This document shows positions 11,266 through 25,189 of a DNA stretch of 64,000 nt, one piece after another (within the stretch, counting starts at the first letter, position 1; the number at the start of each line of letters is the position of its first letter). Below the pieces are notes generated by a model. It ran no database searches and had not been told where the DNA came from. It saw only the letters and a program-made list of their open reading frames with translations. Both the position numbers and the translations under genes were made by a program. This DNA comes from Octopus vulgaris (lineage: Eukaryota): positions 105,524,001-105,588,000 of the forward strand of contig OX597818.1 in the NCBI GenBank assembly GCA_951406725.2, read 5' to 3'.

Positions 11266-11464
11266 CGACTATGATGTTGGCACTACCAGCAGCACAACCA
11301 AGCAATTTCTGCTTATACCTTACTAAACTGTCATCATCCTGATCTGCACTTACAATCTCATTAATTGACTTTTGTGCAGGAGGTTGGTAATTCAAAGCTG
11401 GTTCATCCTCTTCCTCTTCCTTTTCTCCCTCCTTTGGTACACAGGACTCTTCAGTTTCAGCCAT
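11266..11464 (-). CDS. RhoGDI: Rho GDP-dissociation inhibitor, first coding exon
   Basis: Translates MAETEESCVPKEGEKEEEEDEPALNYQPPAQKSINEIVSADQDDDSLVRYKQKLLGCAAGSANIIV, matching the RhoGDI N-terminal arm (cf. NYKPPAQKSIQEIQELDKDDESLRKYKEALLG). Acceptor ttgttcag|G precedes the ATG (exon starts 11465); donor G|gtaagt at 11265. 199 nt, phase 1. Confidence 0.95.
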
Positions 11465-11607
11465 CCTGAACAAAATAATGAAATACAATAAGTAAATGAT
11501 TTAGCAGGAGAAAAATGGTCTTGGTCAGTAGAAGTAAATTTATTAGGTTTCCAAAATTAATGAAATTTCAAAGCACCTAGTGAATGGCAGGACAACAACA
11601 TGTAACC

Positions 11608-11640
<33 letters not shown>

Positions 11641-11870
11641 GGTGGCAAACTGGCAGAATTGTTAGCACACCAAGTGAAATGCTCATCAGCATTTTGTCTG
11701 TCTTCACGTTCTGAGTGCAAATGCTGCTGAGGTTGGCTTTGCTTTTCATCTTTTCGGGGTTGATAAAATAAGTACCAGTTGAGTACTGGGGTGATATATT
11801 TTGGCTATCCCCTCCCACAAAGTTTCAGGCCTTGTGCCTATAGAAGAAATGTGCTTGTAATTAGACTTAA

Positions 11871-12079
11871 CCCTTTAGTTACCATATTGTGGAAATGCAC
11901 TGCCTTCGTTTTAATTTTGAAAATGAAGTATTTATTAAGATACCTGACATTATTAAGCTGGTATTTGGAAAATAAATTAGCATGAAATTTTGATGGAAGA
12001 TTTTAATTTAAATTACTTTAAATTAGGAAGCTTGCATCATATAACTGGGGTGGTTTCATGCACATTGGTATCAAAAGGG
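11871..12079. mobile_element. piggyBac-type MITE
   Basis: TTAA|ccctttagttacca ... tggtatcaaaaggg|TTAA. Confidence 0.7.
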
Positions 12080-14226
12080 TTAAATTAGAGAACCTTACTT
12101 TTATTGTAGAGAGAATCTATTTTCAACCATACTGTTCAATAGGATAGGATAATAAAATAAGATTTAGTGGAGATGAGGCTTATAGCACTCAGAGGATGGT
12201 AGCTGGATAAGAGTTTATCAAGCTGACAAAACTGACACTATTTCACATTATAGCTGTTAATACAAACAAGTTCATCTTACAGAACAATACATACACCATC
12301 TTCTAAATGTCAGTCAGCTTATATAATCATATGGAGAAAGTATGGCCAATTGTCACATGCAAGCAAATATGACTTGGTAACTTGTACCATACACTAATAG
12401 TTTTAAATGCTTATAAAGTTGAGAGCTGACAAAGACCTTCTTAGACCTTTACCCACAACCCAGTGGACCATCCAGAATGTGAGAGATAGAGGGAGAGAAT
12501 GCTGAACTAGCATCATATGAAACGAAGTGTCTTGTTCAGGGACACAATGTACCTCACTTCACCTAGTTTAGGAATTGAACTCATGACCATATGATCATGA
12601 GCTGAACATTCTGACTACTAAGCTATACACTTTCACATGGAGAAAAGGAATATATATAAATATGCATGATCATCATCATCATTAGTGTTTTATGTTGGAG
12701 TTGTATGTGTGTATCTGTATATTTTAAATGTCTCTTTCTAAAGCAACTTTGTCTTTTTTCTCTCCTTTGATTCAAATTCTGCCATTTCTAGAGATATGGC
12801 TTGCATTTTCAAGAGTAATCTGGTTTGATTTAAACAGGCAACAAATATTAGAGTTTGTAGGAATAAAATACACTATTATATATCAAAATGAAGTAGGGTT
12901 TATCCAAACTTGAAAAGAGAACTTCTAACATATCCCAGTAATGTCACCCACTCATAATATCAAGTCACTAATAGTTACTTTTGAAGTCTTCGAATAGTCA
13001 GATGTCAGTTATCTGGAAAGAAACATTGCAGTTATTAATAAGAGCTGAAATTAATGCATGCAAGATTTCACAGCTCTGGCATCACTCCTTCAGAGTCAGC
13101 CCATTCTTGTAGATTTTTGGTTTCAAAAATATAAATGAAATGTAAATTAAAACTAATTTATCAAGCTGCTTGATATAGAAGGAAGATTTTTTTTTTTTTT
13201 ATCTTAAATGTAGTTATTTGCCATAAGAATTTACAAGACCATCTAATTGTAAATTTCTAATTATAAAAACACTGCAATTTATATGGCTTTTTAAGGAAAA
13301 ATCAAAAGGGAATCTCATTAGTGCCATGATAAAATTCACCCAGTACACTCAGGAAAATGATTGACAAATTGAGCAGATATATAGAGTTGAGATAACTCAG
13401 TCTTGCTGAGGGCATGACAGCACCTCTAGTAGCAGGATAAAATGTACCCAGTGCACATTGTAAAGTAATTTATGATAAGAAGGAAGTGATTGTAGAAACT
13501 GTTTCCAAAACAAGGAAGCCCAAACGAGGTATAGTCCTCTGATTAAAACCTTGAACTGCCTGATACTTGCCAGGATGGAAAATAGATGCAAAATGATGGA
13601 TGATGAAATTGATTTTTAATCTAATGCACAAATAAATGACTGAAGTGTTAGACTTCTTTATTCACTATGGTGCAAGAAATTCTTCTACTTTCTATAAAAT
13701 TACTAAGCTAAAACAGATAATGCATAATGGCAGCAGCACTACAGATTACATTAAGAGTTCAATCCCTTCTACAGCAATGACAGAGACTCAAGAAATTTTG
13801 TTAAAAATTATGCTACAGGCGAGGAGAACAATTGTCTAAAGGAATGACTAAGTTTGATTTTACAAGTTTCAGCCCTTTCATGGGTTCAGGCAATCATGTT
13901 GACTCCAGTACTTTTAAGTCTGCTTCTTATTCTATCAGTCCTATTTGTGGAACTACTAAGTTACAGGACTTAAATACTGACGTTTACACACACACAAGTT
14001 TCCATAGTTTCTGCCAACCAAATTCCATTTATATAACTCTAACACTTAGTCAATTGAGCCTTGAGTAGAGGGCATTTGCCCAAGGTGCCGTACAATGGAA
14101 ATTACCACAAAACTATGTGGTGAGAAAGCAAAATACTTCTTGACCACATAGCCATGCCTAGGCTAAGTATGAGAGAGAGGGAGGGAAGTAGGGATGGGGA
14201 GAGTTTTGAAATTTTAATTAAATATA

Positions 14227-14608
14227 AGCGCAGGAGTGGCTGTGTGGTAAGTAGTTTGCTTACCAACCACATGGTTCCGGGTTCATTTCCACTGCATGGA
14301 ACCTTGGGCAAGTGTCTTCTATAATAGCCTCGGCCTGACCAAAGCCTTGTCAGTGGATTTGGTAGATGGAAACTGAAAGAAGCCCGTCGGATATATATAT
14401 GTATGTGTGTCTGTGTTTGCCCCCCCCCCCCAACATCGCTTGACAACCGATGGTGGTGTGTTTACGTCCTAGTAACTTAGCAGTTCGGCAAAAGAGACCG
14501 ATAGAATAAGTACTAAGCTAACAAAGAATAAGTCCCGTGGTTGATTTGCTCGACTGAAGTCGGTGCTCCAGCATGGCCACAGTCAAATGACTGAAACAAA
14601 TAAAAGAG
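14227..14608 (+). mobile_element. tRNA-derived SINE, family A (near full length)
   Basis: Head gcgcaggagtggctgtgtggtaag...gggttcatttcc, core ccttgggcaagtgtcttct, internal (TA)/(TG) tract; many diverged copies in the window. Confidence 0.85.
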
Positions 14609-17600
14609 ATATGGAATACAGTAGTAAATTTCGTCCTTAGCAATATAGCGATATCTTTAGACATGTTTCAACCTTATCAGACTTCAAGAAACCATTGTTG
14701 AAAGACTACCACTAGAGTGTATATAGCTTTTTTTTAGTCAATGAACAGAGAGTGGCAATTGATATTAGAATGACTAAGAATTTTTTCTAATCAGAATCAG
14801 TCATTTAGCAAATGATTACTTTCATCATTAAGGATGTAAATTTCATAAAAATTTCTTGGCTTGCTAGCATCCACTTCATCAAATTTTTATAGAGCAGATA
14901 TCTCTACTCACTCCCATCTATATTCCAGATATTTTTTTCTGTATAGTTGTGTATGAGTGTGTATACAAGTGTAAAATGCTTACTTGATTTATACTCCTTT
15001 ATGCCAAGAGTTAACTCAGTCTATATAGATACCCAGAATGAAGTATTGTGGTTAATACAAACAAGATTTTCTATGACTGAATGCCACCAGCCCTTACCTG
15101 TTTTCATTGACTATATGAAATGAATGACATTCATTTACAGTAATCACTTGATGTCAAGACAAGGAGACAAACATACACACAAACAGGCTTCTTTGAATTT
15201 CTGTCTACCAAAGCAACTTATAAGGCTTTAGTTGGACTGGTGGTGCTGCAGAAGACACTTACCAAAGGTGCCATGCAGTAGGACTGAACCTGAGATTAAA
15301 ACTATTGACTGAAACCAATAAAGATACATATGGCTTATTTTGGGCATTTAGAAAAAGCTGATCGCTGAGGGTGGCCTGTAATAGTCATGATAAATGTGGT
15401 GATAGTGAGCTATTCTTTCCCTGGACAATCACTTTGGTTTTCAAACTGACTGTCAGTCCAAAGCTCTTGTCTTGGGAAAAGTGGTCAAGCAGTAGCTGAG
15501 AATGTTTCTGAGTGATATGTAGCTGGTTCATTATTGGCAAACAGCTTACCTTTGTTAAGCAACTCATATACTCTAATCCTGGTTTTAGCATATGAGAAAT
15601 TGAAGCATCAATAGTCAGATTTAGTGTGAAAGCAGAATTTCAGCCAATGAACAAAACACTAGTGTCTTGTTCTATTATGATTTAAATAGTTAAAATTAGT
15701 TCATGAATGAATCACTTTAACAAAACTTTCAAAGTTATAGTTATGTGTGGTCTGTCAATGTATTGTGCAACCCACAAGGAAAAATTTAAGGCATATGTAC
15801 ATGTTCCATATATCTTTTGATAGGTATACACACATACACATACAAATTTGAGAGTTAGAGTGCATGGGATGGTTAAATAGACATGTTACTTTGAAGTTTC
15901 ACCACTGCCAAAGCTGTGAAGTAATTGTTAGTATTCTCATAACACTTGGTTCTACACATTTTAAAGTTCATTGCTTTTAATTTTTTCAAACTTATTTGAT
16001 TATTTCTAAAGAGAGATATAGAAAATTAGGTTATCAATGAGATTAGAAAACTGACAAAAATAGCTTGTAACTATCCAGAAACAATGCAATTACTATTTAT
16101 AAAAATCAAAAAGTTTTGTTGAAAAAAAAAACAACAAAGAAACTAAGATGACTTCAAACAAGAAATACAAATGACTAATAGAAAACTGGACAATCTTGAA
16201 TAATTCTTTCTGCTATAGAGACAATTTTGGGGGAGGTAGTCAATTACATCAACCTCAGTGCTCCACTGATATTTTATCAACCTTGAAAGAGAGGAGGAGC
16301 AAAGTCAACCTCAGTGGAATTTGAACTTAGAATGTAAAGCTGGAAAGAAATGTTACTAAGCATTTTGTCCAGCATGCTAATAACTGTCCCAACCTCGATG
16401 AATAATAGCAGAAAATAAGATCAAAAGAAGATAGAAATACAATCCAAATGGATCAATAAGATGGCATTCAACAAATGGATAATTTCAATTTGGAGTCTAT
16501 AAGAGATGTGATATGATTACAGTAACATATTTTACAAACAACTTGTAAACTGGATCTTTACTATTTGCTAATATTGTGTCCTTAGAACCATTATTTTTCA
16601 TCTCTTCGAATTTGATACCTGTGGATATGTGTGGGGTGTTGATAATATTCTGCTTTTGTCAAAATAATGGTCTGTAACCTTATACCCAGGGTTCCTTCTA
16701 ATTTTAACCAACCACGAAGCAGAACTTTTGATGCTTTGAGCTATAATATTTTAAATTCAAAGCCACTATAAAACATTCAACTGTTTCTGTAGCTTATCAA
16801 GCACATACAAATTAAAATGAACAGCAACATTTTCACGCGCATGGCACCAATAGAGTCGCTGTGTGGTAGGACAGCTTAGAGGAAACATTACCTGTACCTA
16901 AGTTTATATACAGCATTGACATTCCAGGGCTGGCAAAGTAACCTGAATGTTTGTTTAGTATCTATGTCTAAAACACTACGTCAATTTGCCTGTGTCCCAT
17001 TTGTCATGACCATTGTCAAACTAATAATTAAAGTAATTTTACTGAAATTCTATATATTATTATAACAGCTAGAGTTTTATTTGATAGAGAAAAAAGTGTC
17101 CTGGCTTAAAACAAGATTATGTTTCTTAGCTGACATTAGATACAATGTAATTTCAAACTATTTATTATATCCTCCTTAGTCAATATACTTCATAAAGCTA
17201 TAGATATACACTTGTCTTTGTGTGTGTAAATCATGTCAAAGTAGTCATTTGTTTCTAGCATAAAGATCCTCGTGGAATGACTAATGTAGCAGTGTTATCA
17301 TTGCAATGGTAATACTTTGTGGCAACTACCAGCAACACAAGGATAACAGATGTCTGTGTTGCTTGCTACTGTCTTATATATATGTGTGTGTGTGTGTGTT
17401 TAGTATTATATAGTGGGTGGATAGACTTGGAAAGATGCTGAACAAATGAATACCATTACTTTACATTCTGAGGCTGACTCTTGCCGTTCACCCAAGATGG
17501 GTGGGCTGACTTGTAACATTAAAATGAGTATTGATCAAGTACAGGAGTACTGACCAAAATGTTTAACTCTGTGCCAGTATTAGATATTTTTACTCTTATC

Positions 17601-19953
17601 CTTATAGTATTAAGTTATTGCCCTTTATGCTCAGTTTAAATCCTGCTGAGGTCAACTTTGCCCTTCATTTTTGCAAGGCTGATTTAATTGACTAACCCCA
17701 TCATATTTCTGGCCTTGGGTGGTAGGTTGGCAGAATTATCAGAGAATCCTAAAATATCTTGCAGTAATTTTTCCAGTTGTCTGTGCACTGAATACAAATC
17801 CTGCTCATGTCAACTTTGCTTTCATCCTTCTACAGTCAATAAAATAAAGGATAAGAGTCCATTTAATCAATCATTCCCCTCAAAATTGTTGGCATAGTGC
17901 CTTAATTAGAAATCATTATTACATGCAGCAGAAGGGCAAACAATATAGAATTAAACATCTTATGGTACTTCTGATTGTTTATTATTACTTATTTATTTTC
18001 AAAATGGAAATCTGGTTCAAATGTTTACAAGAGGTAACTCCTCTAAGAAATACCCAAGGTGGTGCTAAATTGGGTGATGGATTAAGTTTGTCTTCTTAAC
18101 CACATAGTTTTGAGTTCAGCACCACTGTATAGTACCTTGGGTATGTGCTTTCTACTATAGCCTCAGGCCAACTAAAAGCCTTGTGAGTGAATTTGGAAGA
18201 TGAAAACTGAATAAAGCTCATACGTGCTTTGGTCTCCTTATCTTGACATCACATGATAGTTGTAAATGAGCGTCACCATCATACAAGTGGTGTTCATTTC
18301 CAATATTCCATAAAAATATGTCTAACTATAGAGAAATATTACCTGACTTGGAAGCAGGTGCAAAAGGAAGAGCATTCAACCATAAAAAAAATCTGCCTTT
18401 CTGTTTGATTTATGTGAACATTAAAATCATGAAGATGTCACCCGACAACTCTTTAACATCTCTGCTAATGCACCACCATAAACAGGTATTCTTGTGTTTG
18501 TGATCCCAAAAAGACTAAAAGGTAAAGCTGACTGACAAGATTGAACTCAGTGAGAGTGCTGGAACAAATACTGCACAAGAATTTTTTCCTATGTTCTAAC
18601 GACAGTACAATTTACTAACTAATGAATTCAAATTCTGCTGAGATTGACAACCTTTCTCTGGGATCAATAATATTCAAGCTATTACATACCCACCTCTTGC
18701 AAATTTGAGGCCTTATGCCGATGTGAGATATCTACTCCCTCAAAATCGTCAGTGAATCTAGGCACACCTTATGACCTATAGGCAATCATGGACTCTTTTT
18801 GAATCACAAATATGTGAGGCGTCAGCCATCTTAATAAACTGAATACAATAAATGTTTAAAGATGGTAATGCTATATTTATAAACAGAATAAAGTGAGAAT
18901 GTAATAATAAAAAAAAAAAGTGCATCAGATGTGCATGGTGACTGTTCTGTCATTTTAAATGTTCCTCATGTCAATATTAATCAACTGACAAAATAAAATA
19001 CAACAGTATACAGTAGTTAATGCTTTCCCTTTCCTTAGCTATGGTACTGTGCTTATAGGGATGGGCTCTGTCAAACAGTACACAGGACTCAGACACTTAA
19101 AATCATGCGAGCCAATGCAAATCTAAGCGACTACTTGATCTGCTAAAATTAACAGTTGCATATCTCTTTGCTCAGAGCCTAGCATCTTAAAAAAAAAAAT
19201 TAAAGGACAGATTCGAGAATGTAGTTCTAGATATACAAAACATCAGTGACCACAGCTGGAATTTTTCGATCATAAGTCTGCTCAGTAATTACCAACATGG
19301 GGTTAAAACATCGATCTGAATGACCATGCTCTTAGTTAACATGACTATGTTCATTGCTGTTGTGCGTGCATGCATATGCAGGCAAATATGTGCACGTGTG
19401 TGTGTATGAAAAATATTCAGCCAGTGGCTGCATGACTGTCAGGTTCTTCTAAATTCTTCATAATGATCTAAATCTGGTGACAGACAAGTCAGTTTTCTTA
19501 AGAGCAGATTTCAACTTCGAAAATATACATTTTACGACAGAAATCTCAACATTTAAACTACTACAGCGTACATTTGTAGCGATTATGCAGTGTAATTTCA
19601 TTTTGTATCAACGTGAATATGATGTGGTCTTGAGCATCCGGCTTTACTTCACAGGTGAAATAAATTAATTTTTACGAGCCAATCAGAGATTAGTATTTTA
19701 TATATTTTTATACATTTCTTATCAGCAAGAGACATTTCCTCACATGCTGCTAGCCTGAAGAACATTTTACTACTATGCATATGTTGCAGTTTGGGGAACA
19801 GAATAGTCTAGACACTTGAGTCTTTGTATAGAAGGCAAGCAGTTAATCATAGCAAACATACTGCACCCTTTTTACTCGCCAGAGTTTATATTTATTTAAT
19901 GTGGTGTGTGCGTAATCCTAATAAAGATTCACCAACGCATATAATTTCTCAGA

Positions 19954-20011
<58 letters not shown>

Positions 20012-20200
20012 AAATATAACTAAGTTTTCACTGTATATTGACAATAGAATATGGTCTAATATCCGGGCATATAAATCCATGATAGAAAAAAATGGGCATT
20101 TGTATGCATGGGAATCGGACTCTTAAAATATTAGACTATTTTCTAGTCAATATACAATGAAAACTAAGTCATATTTTAAAAATTTTCACTCATCAGTTTC
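20012..20200 (-). repeat. ~50-bp-arm inverted repeat adjacent to a CTGATGA motif
   Basis: aaatataactaagttttcactgtatattgac... (20012) pairs with ...gtcaatatacaatgaaaactaagtcatattt (to 20176); tcatcag (CTGATGA on minus) near 20190-20196; left side abuts (TA)n. Confidence 0.7.
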
Positions 20201-20221
20201 TTATGCACATATGAATATATA

Positions 20222-20448
20222 TTATTTCTTTACTACCCACAAGGGGCTAAACACAGAGGGGACAAACAAGGACAGACAAACGGATTAAGTCGATTACATC
20301 GACCTCAGTGGGTAACTGGTACTTATTTAATCGACCCCGAAAGGATGAAAGGCAAAGTCGACCTCGGCGGAATTTGAACTCAGGACGTAACAGCAGACGA
20401 AATACGGCTACGCATTTCGCCCGGCGTGCTAACGTTTCTGCCAGCTCT
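20222..20448 (-). mobile_element. tRNA-derived SINE, family B (young, CpG-rich copy)
   Basis: Minus: gagctggcagaaacgttagcacgccgggcgaaatgcg...gagttcaaattccgccgaggtcgactttgcctttcatcctttcggggtcgattaaataagtaccag; older copies at about 8110-8285, 10110-10500, 11639-11850, 16210-16390. Confidence 0.85.
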
Positions 20449-21417
20449 GAATATATATGTAGACCTTTCCCCTTCAAAACAATCATAATAGTAAAACAAC
20501 AACTTCACTAAACACCTACTACATGCAATTTAAGAGTGTTGGAGTTTTTTAGTATACATTTCTTAACATTAGAATATAAGTTATCGTTCATTGTTTCATT
20601 TTGTGCCTTTAGATCCCTAGACAAAACAAAAGTGATGTATGGTAAAGCCACTGTAATTGCTGCTAAGGGAGTAGATTAGGTAGATGAAATAAATGCTGGA
20701 GCAAGTATTTTACAGTAATCACATGATCTTAAGCATCTGGTAATCAAAATGATATGTGTCTTGGTCAGAAGCGCAATTTAATGTGGTATCATTTGAATGA
20801 GTGGGATTCATTATCGTCAAGACAACAATTTAGCCACTGAAGCTCCTATTTAGTAGAGGAGGGAAGAGAAGAAAAAAAACTACAAGTCCCCTAAAATATA
20901 CAATAGAACATTTAAGTTCACTCAACTTATACATGAGAAAATGGATTTTGAGGTATGCAGAGAATGGCTTAAGAAATAATTAAAAAGCACGAAAATGAGA
21001 AAATTTCGCATGGGAAAAGATAATAGCAGGAGCATATTTATAAATCTTTAAATTAAGATAACTATAAAAATCCATTGTGCTTGCATTCAGCTCCAATTTC
21101 TAGAATTTTAAGAGGATGAAAATTTAACTTGTATACTAACCCCATTCACTTTATTCAAGGTATTTCTTTCCTTTTTTGAACTAGCCCTTAATTTTTAGTG
21201 GATTCTGCACTAGTGAAAATACATTGATGAAGTCTCTGAGAATTTCTTCTTCACACTAGTGTCAGAGACCCTGAAAAGGGACCATCAGTGTAGCACTTCA
21301 AACTAGGTCGTGTGTGTTTTCTAGTCTTTTCCAGGCTAATAAACAGAATATACAGGATCCAGACACACGGAAATCACGTGAGCAGATACCTATGCATTTC
21401 AAAATTCATTTCCTTAA

Positions 21418-21613
21418 CCCTTTAGTTTTCAAACTGACCATATCCAGCCAAAATATTTGACAAGCTTTATGCTTAAACCAGCCTACAATGTCCTTCTACG
21501 AATAAGTAATTACACTGTGAAAATCTCGATGCTACAAAATAATCCACAATTAATTCAAAATAATGTGAACAAATAAGCATAACATTTGACAGAATAATCT
21601 GAATGTTAAAGGG
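21418..21613. mobile_element. piggyBac-type MITE
   Basis: TTAA|ccctttagttttcaaa ... ctgaatgttaaaggg|TTAA. Confidence 0.7.
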
Positions 21614-21860
21614 TTAAGCTTGAATGCTATGGATGAATACTGAAAATAAACGTCCGTATATGTATATATATATATATATACATACACATGAGCAAAATGC
21701 CCCGCCCTCCAATGGACAGTGCTGAGTTGTCAAACATTTAAACTAAATTTTCTCAAAACAACTAGTCCAACCATAACATAAGCCTCCCCTTTGAGAAACA
21801 CCGATTTAACCGAGATACCAGCAAAAGAAGAAATAAAGATAGACTTTTTCTCACGTACAC

Positions 21861-22057
21861 CTAGTATTGATCGCAACAGCACAAATGCATGTTCCCACGG
21901 CTTTACCTGGAATTAATTTTTGTAATTCTTTCAAGACTTATACATGCCCTGATACCATCGGTATCTACATCAAATTTGAGCACAAACGGATGGCGGATGC
22001 CCGAGATCCTAGAAGACACACACACACAGACAAACAGAACGGATTTTATATAATAGA
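21861..22057 (-). mobile_element. Possible non-autonomous Helitron-like element
   Basis: Minus strand begins A|TCTATTATATAAAA followed by a (TG)/(TCTG) microsatellite and ends in CTAG; subterminal hairpin is weak and the 3' flank is G rather than T. Confidence 0.4.
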
Positions 22058-22074
22058 TATATATGTGTATATAT

Positions 22075-22445
22075 ACTCTTACTTGTTTCAGTCATTTGAC
22101 TGAGGTCATGCTGGAGCACCACCCTGAGTCGAGCAAATCAACCCCAGGACTTACTCTTTGTAAGCCTAGTACTTATTCTATCAATCCCTTTTCGCCGAAG
22201 CGCAAAGTTACGGGGACGTAAACACACCAGCATTGGTTGTCAAGTGATGTTGAGGGAACAAACACAGAGACATATACACATATATACGACTGGCTTTTTT
22301 CAGTTTCTGTCTACCAAGTCCACTGGCAAGGCTTTGGTCAGCCCGAGGCTATAGTAGAAGATACTTGCCCAAAGTGTCACACAGTGGGACTGAACCTGGA
22401 ACCATGTGGTTCATAAGCAAGCTACTTGCCACACAGCCACTCCTA
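22075..22445 (-). mobile_element. tRNA-derived SINE, family A
   Basis: Reverse complement of the 14227-14608 element along its length. Confidence 0.85.
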
Positions 22446-22472
22446 TGTCTTATATGTATGTGTATATATGTA

Positions 22473-22522
<50 letters not shown>

Positions 22523-22784
22523 ATGTATATATTTCAATGGTTATTTTAGATCATTTTATTTTATTTTTAAAGTAATTAAAGTGGCATGTGTGTGTGTAGC
22601 ATTCTTTTATTCATTACCTATCACCAAACCTTGTATGTACATTCATCCTGGACCTCTTATGTTAATTTTCTCTCTGCCTGCCATTTAATCTTTCTTCCAC
22701 CCTCCCTTCCTCTTTCTATATAGTCTGGAGAAATGAATCAACAAACCAAACACATCAGCTATTATTATATAGAGATAATTTTAA

Positions 22785-22917
22785 TCCTTTTGATACCAAT
22801 ATGCCCAAAATCATTTCTGTTTCTATGATACAAACTTTCTGCTTTAAAGTACACTAAAAATTTTCCATCAAAATGAAATAGTCTTTTTCAGCAGAAAGAA
22901 AAATGGTAGCAAAAGGG
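22785..22917. mobile_element. piggyBac-type MITE (internally deleted)
   Basis: TTAA|tccttttgatacca ... tggtagcaaaaggg|TTAA; same family as 11871-12079 in the opposite orientation. Confidence 0.6.
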
Positions 22918-24013
22918 TTAAGGAAATGCTGAAAGCAGGGATCAAATGAAAAAATAAGTTAATTAAATACACTCCAACCCATCTACTAAATCAGGAAAAA
23001 CTACGAAAAAGTGACAATCAGTGTTGAACAAAAACTGGTTTTAATGAATTCTATGAGCCAACTAGGTCATTCTGACATTAAAGTATCAATAGGATTAATC
23101 TTTTTTATACATCTTAAGTTATTAGGAAGTAGTTTAAAACAGAAAAGGAAAAGACAATCTATTGACTTTTCTATTTCAACTTCCAAAACAATACATCTAC
23201 TTTATATAATATATGTAAGTATTACATATATGACAGTTTTAATAGACACCTAGTGTTGAAGCCCTGCAGAGTCAACAGTAGGTTAATTTTTCTGCCTGAA
23301 AGAACAACGAAAGAATAACTAGTGTTATGTTGTGTTCATATTGCATTAACTGTGTATACATGAATTTAACATAGTAAGAACTGAGGATAAATAATAAAAC
23401 TAATCTCTTAATAGAAGAGTCTTAGTTTATTTGTTAAGAGGTGTGTAGACTTTAACATTATAAGCCTTGCCTTTTTCGTCCTTCTCAAGTGAAGAATAAG
23501 GCCTTCACACCCCTCACAAATTAACATCTCCAAATGTAAGCATATTTCCAAGACAGGACAACACTATGTCCAGCCCTCTCTCCATCCAGCCATCACATGA
23601 TGTTCCACAAGCTCAAGAGAGATGGTGGTCAGGGATAAAAGGATTTCCATTTTCTGCTCATGACTACATATGCACCTAAGGCAATTAGCAAAGGTATGGT
23701 AGGTTACCAAACCTTAATCACAAGTGATGGCTGGCTGCACTATTGCCCATCCCCAAACTAAAACAGAACAGATGGTTCTTTAAAGAGAAACATATTCATT
23801 ACTATAACAGATAAGCAGGTTGATCCTCCCAATACTAATAGCTGAACAGTGGAAGATGTGGAATCATTTATTCTCAGCTAGGTTGATTGAAACCAGTGGA
23901 ATAATGTAAGGTCTGAAACTTGTGACCCTTTAGTCAAGAGTTCAAAATCTATAACAGTTAAACCAGGTAATTGTTATTTTAAATATTTGATATAAATTAT
24001 GGTAAATTTCTCA

Positions 24014-24285
24014 TTGCCAGCCTCGCCTGGCCTCCGTGCCGGTGGCACGTAAAAAGCACCATCCGATCGTGACCGTTTGCCAGCCTCGTCTGGCATCTGT
24101 GCCAGTGGCACGTAAAAAGCACCCACTACACTCATGGAGTGGTTGCTGTTAGGAAGGGCATCCAGCCGTAGAAACATTGCCAGATCAGACTGGGCCTGGT
24201 GCAGCCTTCTGGCTTCCCAGACCCCAGTTGCACCGTCCAACCCATGCCAGCATGGAAAGCAGACATTAAACGATGATGATGATGA
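24014..24285 (+). mobile_element. Short element sharing the RTE LINE 3' end
   Basis: Internal ggtggcacgtaaaaagcacc repeats, then gggcatccagc...ccatgccagcatggaaagc...ttaaacgatgatgat, matching 42593-42900 on minus. Confidence 0.85.
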
Positions 24286-24993
24286 AGACTTCATATGTAT
24301 TTAATTGTTACTTTTGATGCTTTATCTAGTGTTGTACTGACAACTTAGGAAGCAATCTTTTAATTGGATTTATATATGCAAAATGGTAAGAAATGGAATT
24401 ACTTATGATTATTAAAATAATGAAATCATCATCATCCTACTACTGCTTTCCATGTTGACATGGATTGGATGGGCCAAAAACTAACCAAGTTCTTTCTTCA
24501 AGTTACAGCTCTCCTAGAATGGTTGGTGACCACACCTAGGATAGAATGTTGGCTGTCACTGCATTTTAGTTGATGGTAAGTAGACTACTGAAGTCTGATG
24601 ATAGCTTAGTATCATGTTAAAAAAAAAAAATCAATTGATATCAAGAATTATCATTAAGTCTTCATAAACTACATATATTGATTGGGGAGTGGCTGTGTTA
24701 AAATACAACATAAAATGAACAAGCAAGGTTTCTCCTTTCCATAATACTAAATCTTTCATTTTTAGCAAGCATAAGTAGTTTCTTAGTTATGAATGTGAAG
24801 ATCTGGATAGCAATTGGAGACTCAATTCACATGTAGTCCTTTGGAATGTTCCATGCCAAGTGTGAGTATATAATTATGAGGTTTCAAATAAAATAACTGG
24901 AAAACCATACTGATAGAGTCTGTATTACGATCAGTCATTTAATATATACATACAACACACACACAATCATTTTAACATTTCTAGAGGTTTTAA

Positions 24994-25189
24994 CCCATTT
25001 GATACCAACCCACCTAAGACTGCACCTGACAATCATACAAGCTTCCTATTTTAAAGAGATCTCTTTTAAAACCTCCCATCAAGATTTCATGTTAATTCAT
25101 AATGACAAAGATATTTTACTAAATTCTTCATTATTTTCATAATTGAAACAAAGAAAGTATGTGTCAGCAAAATTATGGTAATAAAAGGG
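24994..25189. mobile_element. piggyBac-type MITE
   Basis: TTAA|cccatttgatacca ... tggtaataaaaggg|tttaa; interior resembles 22785-22917. Confidence 0.6.

Noticed and set aside
15545-15590. Minus-strand donor AAG|gtaagc as an additional RhoGDI UTR exon (similar lone donor near 28995)
   Set aside because: No convincing polypyrimidine tract or acceptor; lone donor matches are expected by chance.
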